Assembly: GCA_024276825.1 (NCBI GenBank)
Contig: JAJRWI010000033.1
Location: 64,001-128,000 of the forward strand
Length of the DNA stretch: 64,000 bases
From: an archaeon
Lineage (GTDB): Archaea; Asgardarchaeota; Thorarchaeia; Thorarchaeales; Thorarchaeaceae
Direction of reading: 5' to 3'
Positions 1-6,735 of this stretch are shown piece after piece (position 1 is the first letter of the stretch; the number at the start of each line of letters is the position of its first letter). The notes below the pieces were generated by a model. It ran no database searches and was not told the DNA's origin. It saw only the letters and a program-made list of their open reading frames with translations. A program made the position numbers and the translations under genes.

Positions 1-110
1 ATCCGACTCACGAACTCCTGTAATGCGAATGAGATTGATCAACTCAACGTCAGGGCTGTTCAAGATTCAGGCCTCCCAAATCAATTAGAAACAACCTCAA
101 TCACTTAAGT

Positions 111-656
111 TTAAGGTCTTGGTGGTGAGCCAGTTCTTCGCATTTTCTCTCTGACCTTTGCATACTCCAATGTATTGCCAGTTATCATTCGCTTACAATA
201 GATGTCCTCCTCACAATAGTTCCAGTTTCGCATGGCCTTGCATGATGGTGATGGACGCTTCCTGTAGAATGGAGGATTGATCAGGTGTGCAGCTGTGAGA
301 TAATCAACCACTGTCCTTATGCTATGCCTTCGAAATGCCCTCTTGATACATGGAGGAGCCCTCTTCAGTAGTTCCAAGTCCACAAGTCTGAACAGACGGG
401 ACCATAGTGGGCACTCCTTTGCTTTGTACAGGAGCTTGCAGTTCGGGCACAATCTATTCTCAAAGGCCACCTCGCAAAACTCGAAGAATGCCTGCTGATC
501 TAGAAAGGAGAGTTTTAGCAGATGGAACTTTATCTGAATGAAGTGATATGGTGTAAACGAACCCATCTCCTGAACAAAAGCTGCTATCTCTTCTGCCAGT
601 TCATCTGCTGTGCAGTTCCAGTACTCTTCGTTCAGAAAGGGCTTATCATTACTCAT
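111..656 (-). CDS. Cys-rich protein resembling the C-terminal [4Fe-4S] domain of DNA primase large subunit (PriL-CTD-like)
   Basis: 181-aa ORF. PPCI...PSCKAMRNWNYCEEDIYCKRM..NTLEY matches the PriL-CTD ligand pattern (PPC...PSC-x8-C-x5-C...PLxY). Extra N-terminal CPNC..C. Confidence 0.55.
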   Translation of the reverse strand: MSNDKPFLNEEYWNCTADELAEEIAAFVQEMGSFTPYHFIQIKFHLLKLSFLDQQAFFEFCEVAFENRLCPNCKLLYKAKECPLWSRLFRLVDLELLKRAPPCIKRAFRRHSIRTVVDYLTAAHLINPPFYRKRPSPSCKAMRNWNYCEEDIYCKRMITGNTLEYAKVREKMRRTGSPPRP

Positions 657-804
657 TATCTTCCAACACTCAACACTTGCTCGGATAACTTAAACTCATT
701 AAAAGAAGTAGCTGTAAATAAATGAACCAAGTTATCCCCACAAAACCTTAAATTATGGATTAAATGACCCCTAACATACACCGTTAGCCAGTGAGGTCTT
801 TGAC

Positions 805-821
805 TCATGCCAAAACTTGAT
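805..821. repeat. Left arm of a 17-bp inverted repeat (partner at 1825-1841)
   Basis: TCATGCCAAAACTTGAT versus reverse complement of 1825-1841, TCATGCCAAAACTCGAT (16/17 identical). Confidence 0.85.
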
Positions 822-1817
822 GTGTCCAGTGAGATGTCCTTCAAAGAAGTGATAAGCTCAATAGAGCTTGCCGACATCACTGGTGACGGGAAGGACAACC
901 TTGTTCTATCAACAATAAATGGGGACATTCGAATCTACGAGTTTCAGCGCAGCAAAAAGGAGCCTCTTATCGAAATCTGTACTGCCTCTAATCTACCCCC
1001 AGTGGCCACCCTCGGAGTGGGCGATGTGACTGGTGATGGCGTACCGGACATAATCGCGGGAGGTATGGACAACTCGCTTAAGACGGTGTCATATGAGGAT
1101 GGCAAACTTGTAATAAAGGACACAACCCCACTTGGAAATCTGCCCACTGCAATCTGTGTTCTTAATGTTGAGGGTGATGAGGCAATGGAAGTTATCGTTG
1201 CTACAAGCGATAATGCCTTGCGTTGCTATAGCTGGTTTGAAGTCGCTCTTGACAAGCTGGCCCACAAAGTGGTTGAGCATCCGATTTTTTCCATGGTGCC
1301 GCTTCACACCAAGGGTGTTCCATATTCAAGATTCGTGTTTGGTGATGAATCGGGCCATATCTATGTCTATCAGTATCAAGATGATCGCCTTCATGAGAGG
1401 TCGCGTGTTAAAGTAAAGGGTCAGGTCACTCTTGTTGCAACTGGCAGTGTTACAAATAGTCGGACTGATGAGATTATTGCGGTGTCTGACGGTTCAGTCC
1501 TCAATTTTCTGCATGTAGTCCAGAATGACATCAAAATGATGGACAGAATACGTGCTCCTGGCGCAGTGACCTCAGTCAAGATAGGACCCATTGGAACGCA
1601 AGACACTGATGAATACATAATGTCTTCACAAGGAAATTCAAAGCTCACTCTTCTATCGTTTTACAACAACCGAATGAATGAGTATCTCTCAATAAAGACT
1701 GCCAAGAAGTCTGTCGAATCGTTTATTGCCATTGGAAACATATATGGCAATGGCGAGTCTCACATCATTCAGGCAGTACGCAACAAGATCAATGTGATAT
1801 CGCTTGTTGATGATTGA
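807..1817 (+). CDS. FG-GAP-repeat beta-propeller protein (BBS2/ITFG2-like), no signal peptide
   Basis: 336 aa with about 7 repeats of ~45 aa carrying ADITGDGKDNL, GDVTGDGVPDI, NVEGDEAMEV, GNIYGNGESHI motifs. GAGGT SD upstream. Confidence 0.75.
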   Translation: MPKLDVSSEMSFKEVISSIELADITGDGKDNLVLSTINGDIRIYEFQRSKKEPLIEICTASNLPPVATLGVGDVTGDGVPDIIAGGMDNSLKTVSYEDGKLVIKDTTPLGNLPTAICVLNVEGDEAMEVIVATSDNALRCYSWFEVALDKLAHKVVEHPIFSMVPLHTKGVPYSRFVFGDESGHIYVYQYQDDRLHERSRVKVKGQVTLVATGSVTNSRTDEIIAVSDGSVLNFLHVVQNDIKMMDRIRAPGAVTSVKIGPIGTQDTDEYIMSSQGNSKLTLLSFYNNRMNEYLSIKTAKKSVESFIAIGNIYGNGESHIIQAVRNKINVISLVDD

Positions 1818-1821
1818 GCGT

Positions 1822-2253
1822 TCAATCGAGTTTTGGCATGAAAACCTCTTCAGGTTTTAGAACTCTGACTGTCTTAATCTGGACATGCTCCTTGATCTTG
1901 GGAATAATCTCGCCCTCAATCCATTGCTTGACTGTGGCTCGTGCGTCATCAATTGTGTCCCCTTCTGCATTCATATCAAAACGAATGAATAGGTTGTAAG
2001 GCTCGCGCTCATTTGCTTCTTTCTTGATCATTGCCCAGAAAGCCTTTGACCCTGCAGGAACATCGATTCTACCAAGGATTTCGACCCACGATTTGTTCTC
2101 CACTTTTTTGGTGACTCTTGCGAGGTCCTTCAACTCTGGTATTTTTTTCAGTGCCTCAAGTACAGCATTGCTATCTCTATCTATGTCAATGTCTTCGAAT
2201 TCTGCCAGAAGATAATGATCAGCCCTGAATTTTGCCATGGATTGAGTCTCCAT
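1822..2253 (-). CDS. Hypothetical protein (alpha/beta, soluble)
   Basis: 143-aa ORF with protein-like composition; last gene of a minus-strand run. Confidence 0.75.
   Translation of the reverse strand: METQSMAKFRADHYLLAEFEDIDIDRDSNAVLEALKKIPELKDLARVTKKVENKSWVEILGRIDVPAGSKAFWAMIKKEANEREPYNLFIRFDMNAEGDTIDDARATVKQWIEGEIIPKIKEHVQIKTVRVLKPEEVFMPKLD
1825..1841. repeat. Right arm of the 17-bp inverted repeat (partner at 805-821)
   Basis: ATCGAGTTTTGGCATGA; encodes the final MPKLD of the minus-strand ORF 1822-2253. Confidence 0.85.
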
Positions 2254-2285
2254 TGTTCGTTGTGTGCGCCCAGCATTTCTTTCTC

Positions 2286-2897
2286 TTAAATATGATGGTC
2301 TGTTATTTCGTTCAACTCTGCCATATAATGGTGTGCACGATATGCTGCTGTGAGGATTCCAATCAGAGTGACAACTACAATACCCAGCAGTGTCTGTTGA
2401 AACAATGACATTAGAACCAGAATGAACAACCTCTCGGATCTTGCACCAAGACCGACATCAAGGTCTTGGACACCGAGTGTTTCCGCCCTTGCCCTGGTAT
2501 AACTGGTCATAATCCATCCGATAATGCAGATGACTATCCACAACTGCACAGAAACACCAAAGACATCACTACTTGGATACGCAATCCAGATGGAGAGAAG
2601 AATCACCATCTCGCTAACCTTGTCAATGACTGAATCGGTAAAGGCTCCCGCGGGACGTGCTCGACCGGTTTCTCTTGCAACAGCGCCATCCACACCATCA
2701 AAGAAACCCACGAGGAACACGAACATCCCATAGATGATCTGCGACTTGAAGATGGTGATTATGAGAAAGGCACAGAGGGCAAACAATAGTGTGAGATAGG
2801 TTATCGCGTCTGGGGACACATTCGCACTAATGAAGGGCTTTGCCACTGCGCACACTGGTCTTCTAAACACCTTTCGAAGTCTAAATCTGCTCGGCAC
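2286..2897 (-). CDS. CDP-alcohol phosphatidyltransferase (archaetidylinositol-phosphate synthase-like)
   Basis: Motif DGVDGAVARETG...GAFTDSVIDKVSE; SPDAIT; SYTRARAE; multiple TM helices. Confidence 0.9.
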   Translation of the reverse strand: MPSRFRLRKVFRRPVCAVAKPFISANVSPDAITYLTLLFALCAFLIITIFKSQIIYGMFVFLVGFFDGVDGAVARETGRARPAGAFTDSVIDKVSEMVILLSIWIAYPSSDVFGVSVQLWIVICIIGWIMTSYTRARAETLGVQDLDVGLGARSERLFILVLMSLFQQTLLGIVVVTLIGILTAAYRAHHYMAELNEITDHHI

Positions 2898-2900
2898 TTG

Positions 2901-3902
2901 TTAGCCCCCTTGGGTGATTATGTGCTTTCTATAGATGACACAATGGTCATAATGACCTTTTGGAACGCTTGCATTCTGCGTAATGCAATGAGCCAGTGCA
3001 CTATTAGGTGCAACAGTCGTGTTAGAACCCAGACTCGCATATGGACCAATTACGCAATGATCTCCCAGCTTACAATCTTTAGCAATGAATGTCGGTCCCA
3101 CCATACGAACTCCACTGCCAATGATACCCTCCGAAGAGAATTCCACAGAATCTCCGGTTTCAAAGACATCTCCTGCATGAACAACTATGGAGCCTTGGGA
3201 CTCGGTCATGGTTTCGAGAAGATGCCTGTTTGCAGCCAATAATGACCGCAGATCATCAACATCGTGCCATATACGCCACTTAACATCAACAGCAGACACA
3301 CTCACTCCCTCACTTATTGTAGATTGGATGACCTCGCTCACTTTAGATTGTCCCTCTCGCACAGCCTTACTGCACATACTCGCAAAGTCCCTTCCCGCAA
3401 TGATCACTTGTGCTGATGATGCTCTCTTATAATGGCCGCCCTGAACACCACCCATTGCAATCACATTGTTCCTATCATCCAAATAAACGGGAGTGCCCCT
3501 GCGAACTGAAGTATCAACTGCCATCGTGACTATAGCTCTGTTCTTCCTATGAGTATTCAATACACATCTCAATAATTCAGGTCTTATAACACAGTCCGAT
3601 GGACATAGCAGAAAATCGTCAACATCAACATTCCTAATCACTCCAACAAGGGTATGTAATGGACCTCTCTGCCATTCGGGAACATATTGTGTAGTCACTC
3701 CATCAAAATACTTGATATGTTGTTCAAGCATCTCATGTTTCCATCCGGTCCCAACAAATACTGTGTCTATCTCGCCCTTGATGATGTGAATCAGATGTTC
3801 GATGAGTGTGGCTCCCGCAACCTCTATGAGTTGCTTTGGAACTGAATCCGTCAGGGGCCTGAGTCTTTCCCCTCGGCCTGCGCTCAGAATTATTGCGATT
3901 AT
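2901..3902 (-). CDS. NDP-sugar pyrophosphorylase/nucleotidyltransferase with C-terminal left-handed beta-helix
   Basis: The frame extends upstream of the tracked ATG (3731) to IAIILSAGRGERLRPLTDSVPKQL, the family signature. WHDVD motif and hexapeptide repeats follow. Start placed at ATA 3902 after a GGAGG SD (inferred). Confidence 0.85.
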   Translation of the reverse strand: MIAIILSAGRGERLRPLTDSVPKQLIEVAGATLIEHLIHIIKGEIDTVFVGTGWKHEMLEQHIKYFDGVTTQYVPEWQRGPLHTLVGVIRNVDVDDFLLCPSDCVIRPELLRCVLNTHRKNRAIVTMAVDTSVRRGTPVYLDDRNNVIAMGGVQGGHYKRASSAQVIIAGRDFASMCSKAVREGQSKVSEVIQSTISEGVSVSAVDVKWRIWHDVDDLRSLLAANRHLLETMTESQGSIVVHAGDVFETGDSVEFSSEGIIGSGVRMVGPTFIAKDCKLGDHCVIGPYASLGSNTTVAPNSALAHCITQNASVPKGHYDHCVIYRKHIITQGG

Positions 3903-4047
3903 TTGAACTCCTCCATTTCTGAAGTTTACTCTCTAATAATGATCAAAGGCGATGAGTTTCTAAGGATCAACTAAACTTAACATCTCTCATTGGGTCTCCA
4001 AATAATCATCGTGGTCAATGACTCATCACTAGAATCAGCATAGGTGT

Positions 4048-4935
4048 CTAATGCATGTTTTCATTCAAGTCTTCCCAGAAGCCTCGATTAGCATAGGCAG
4101 CAGGATTCTCTTCAAATCGTTCCTTACATTTCCTAGTACAAAAATGGAAGGTTTTTCCCTCATATGTTGTGACAATCTCGGATGATCTATTCACAAGCAT
4201 AAGACAGACAGGATCAATAATGAACCCGTCTGACCATCTCACACTGATCTTGCCATCTTCAAGCCAGAGCACTCTATCCGCAAGGTCTCTTATTCTAAGG
4301 TCGTGTGTCGCAATTATAATGGTCTTTCCCTGCTCCTTTGCTATGTTTCGCAACAGTCGTATGACCTCATGTCCAGTCTTTGAGTCAAGGTTTGCAGTTG
4401 GCTCATCCGCGAGGATTATCTGAGGATTATTGGCAAGAGCTCTGGCAATCGCCACACGTTGTTGCTCCCCGCCACTGAGCTGACTTGGTCGATGATTAAC
4501 CCTCTCTCCGAGACCCATTTGTTTCAATAGCTGCTCAGCACGATATCTCGCATTGGCCCCCTTGACGCCTGCAAGGTTCAACACAACTTCAACATTCTGA
4601 ATGGCTGTGAGCGCCGAGAGTAGATTTGGGCTCTGGAAGACAAAGCCAATCTCCTCACGACGTATTCGGGAGAGCTCTTTCTTTGACAGGCCGTTTAGGT
4701 TTCTCCCATTGATGATGACATCACCCGAAGTGGGTGTCAACAAAGCACCAATTAGCTGAATGAGTGTTGTCTTTCCAGACCCAGATGGTCCCATTATCAC
4801 AATGATCTCGCCAAGTTCCACATGAAGCGAAACATCATTAACTGCGACCACTGAGGTGTGCTTTGACCCATAGACCTTGGTCGCATGATATAATTCGACG
4901 GCTCTGTCAATATCATCATGCTGTTCAAAATCCAC
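4048..4935 (-). CDS. LolD/MacB-type ABC ATPase with C-terminal YHS/TRASH domain
   Basis: GPSGSGKTT, LSGGEQQRVAIARAL, ILADEPT, THD; C-terminal DPVCLMLV...FHFCTRKCKERFEENPAAY. GTG start at 4935 inferred. Confidence 0.92.
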   Translation of the reverse strand: MDFEQHDDIDRAVELYHATKVYGSKHTSVVAVNDVSLHVELGEIIVIMGPSGSGKTTLIQLIGALLTPTSGDVIINGRNLNGLSKKELSRIRREEIGFVFQSPNLLSALTAIQNVEVVLNLAGVKGANARYRAEQLLKQMGLGERVNHRPSQLSGGEQQRVAIARALANNPQIILADEPTANLDSKTGHEVIRLLRNIAKEQGKTIIIATHDLRIRDLADRVLWLEDGKISVRWSDGFIIDPVCLMLVNRSSEIVTTYEGKTFHFCTRKCKERFEENPAAYANRGFWEDLNENMH

Positions 4936-4939
4936 AACA

Positions 4940-6049
4940 TCACGCCTCCTTAAAAACAAGGGCCGGGTCAATCCCTGCTATCTTCTTCACTGGAATGACT
5001 GAAGCCACAATTCCCGTAAGTATACCAAGCAATGAAACTCCCAACATCATGTTAGGTGTGATTGTCACAAGAAACTCTGGAACATAAATCTGCATTATTG
5101 AGATCAACGGTGGGACAACAATAGAACCAATAACAAATCCAAGTATTGACACAATCAGTGCTTGTTCAAGCACGATTCGATATATCTGCGGATTAGTAGC
5201 GCCAACGGCCTTAAGAATTCCATATTCTTTGGCTTTATCCATTGTCAGGCTATAGAGCAACACACCAATGACCTGAATACCTACAAGCAGTCCAATTGTG
5301 CTAAGGAGGTAAAAAATTGGAATGAATCCTCCCAGAATCTCATCCTTGTACGCTTGGGCAGTGTCTGTTGACGTGTTTGCAGACACATCTGTTAATGACG
5401 ACTCGATGTTGTTAATCACTTCAGCTAAAGTGTAGCCCGAATCAACCTTTACAAGAAAATAATTAGTCACCCCTTCTAAGAGGAATGTCTTTGCATCATC
5501 AAAGGTCATGAAGACCATATAGGCTATCATTAGATTTGTTCTATCCGACAGGCCAACAATACGAAAGTCCTTCTCAGCAATAGTCAGATTTCCGCCAACT
5601 TCTAGACCCTGTTTCTGCGCCAAGGTTCTATCAATGATGATCTCACCATTCTCGACCTCCGACTTTCCCTCAATCACACTCCACGGGCCACCAAGACCTG
5701 TTTCGATATCATAGCCATTCAAGTAAAGCAATACTTTCTCGTCATTGATTTTCACGGACAAAGGCGTTCGAATAAGGGGTGAGACCTCACTAACACCTTC
5801 AATCTGAGTCAGATTGTCCTGGATTGAAATTGGAAGCAGGGATGGGCTATGAAATGAGCCACTAGCCCCCTCCGATGTGATCCAAAGATCAGCATCAGCT
5901 CCAGTAATCATGTCATCCATCATTGTTGAAAACGCCTCATTCAACCCAACCATGGTTAGAATGAGGAAAACGCTGAGCACTATTCCGCCAATGCTCACTG
6001 CTACTTTTGACTTCTCATGAGCCAGATTTCGTCTTGCTACACTTACCAT
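4940..6049 (-). CDS. FtsX/MacB-type ABC transporter permease
   Basis: ARRNL..TM1, large extracytoplasmic domain, KEYGILKAVGA, three C-terminal TMs, IDPALVFK. Start uncertain (6049-6112). Confidence 0.9.
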   Translation of the reverse strand: MVSVARRNLAHEKSKVAVSIGGIVLSVFLILTMVGLNEAFSTMMDDMITGADADLWITSEGASGSFHSPSLLPISIQDNLTQIEGVSEVSPLIRTPLSVKINDEKVLLYLNGYDIETGLGGPWSVIEGKSEVENGEIIIDRTLAQKQGLEVGGNLTIAEKDFRIVGLSDRTNLMIAYMVFMTFDDAKTFLLEGVTNYFLVKVDSGYTLAEVINNIESSLTDVSANTSTDTAQAYKDEILGGFIPIFYLLSTIGLLVGIQVIGVLLYSLTMDKAKEYGILKAVGATNPQIYRIVLEQALIVSILGFVIGSIVVPPLISIMQIYVPEFLVTITPNMMLGVSLLGILTGIVASVIPVKKIAGIDPALVFKEA

Positions 6050-6111
6050 GAAAATCACATCCATGACTACTTCAACATTATAACTAATAGCCCCGAATGA
6101 TAAAACTGACA

Positions 6112-6150
6112 TCGGATGGAAATCAAAGATTGACTTCGAAATCCATCCGA
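6112..6150. terminator. 9-bp inverted repeat between the YHS gene and the permease (possible terminator/processing hairpin)
   Basis: TCGGATGGA (6112-6120) ... TCCATCCGA (6142-6150). Confidence 0.4.
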
Positions 6151-6167
6151 CTCATAAAACTAGATGT

Positions 6168-6314
6168 CTAGTGTTTCATGTAGTTCATTGGGGCTTCGTC
6201 GAACTTCTTTTTACACATTTCACAACAGAAATAAAACTTCTTTCCCATGTGCTCTGATGTAAATTTCGCCGAACTCTCATTAACTTCCATTCCACAGACA
6301 GGATCTTTTGCCAT
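6168..6314 (-). CDS. Stand-alone YHS/TRASH metal-binding protein (candidate copper chaperone)
   Basis: 48 aa: MAKDPVCGMEV...KFYFCCEMCKKKFDEAPMNY; GGAG upstream. Confidence 0.9.
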   Translation of the reverse strand: MAKDPVCGMEVNESSAKFTSEHMGKKFYFCCEMCKKKFDEAPMNYMKH

Positions 6315-6603
6315 AATACCATTCTCCTTTCTTGTTACCATTTTCGCACTGCCTGCTAACCATAAAGAACCACTCATTTCTAGTTGGACAATCTCGGACA
6401 TCTGAGTTCCGTCTGCCTAGAAAATGGCACCGGGAACATTTCGAAAGTGAGTTTCATAAGACTCCCAATAAACTTGCATAATTTCAGACCTTTAATTAGT
6501 TCTTTATTTGATGAGTATCCAGGTTTGTCCAACTCTCAATGTATGGTTACCTCATGGTTCGCATAGACAATGTATTTTGACTGTCAGCAAACATATCACA
6601 TTT

Positions 6604-6670
6604 GATATATCGATGCAGTCATATCATTACTTACCCGAAACTATATAAATATATCGTCATAGATATATCG
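6604..6670 (+). promoter_or_regulatory. Archaeal BRE-TATA promoter for copA with three ATATATCG operator-like sites
   Basis: CCCGAAA (6634-6640) followed by CTATATAAA (6641-6649); ATATATCG at 6605, 6649 and 6663, two of them within the palindrome GATATATC. Confidence 0.55.
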
Positions 6671-6735
6671 CAGGCAACTAATGAGGAGTATGTGTTGCTA
6701 CGGTCATGCATACTCTGAGTTGGATGGTGTGACAA

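Noticed and set aside
1-108. Possible 3' end of a plus-strand gene entering the window
   Set aside because: Two frames are open (stops ending at 88 and 108) and neither has a recognisable motif, so I cannot choose between them.
805-1841. Inverted repeat as transposon ends
   Set aside because: No transposase is enclosed, no target-site duplication was seen, and both arms lie within coding sequence.
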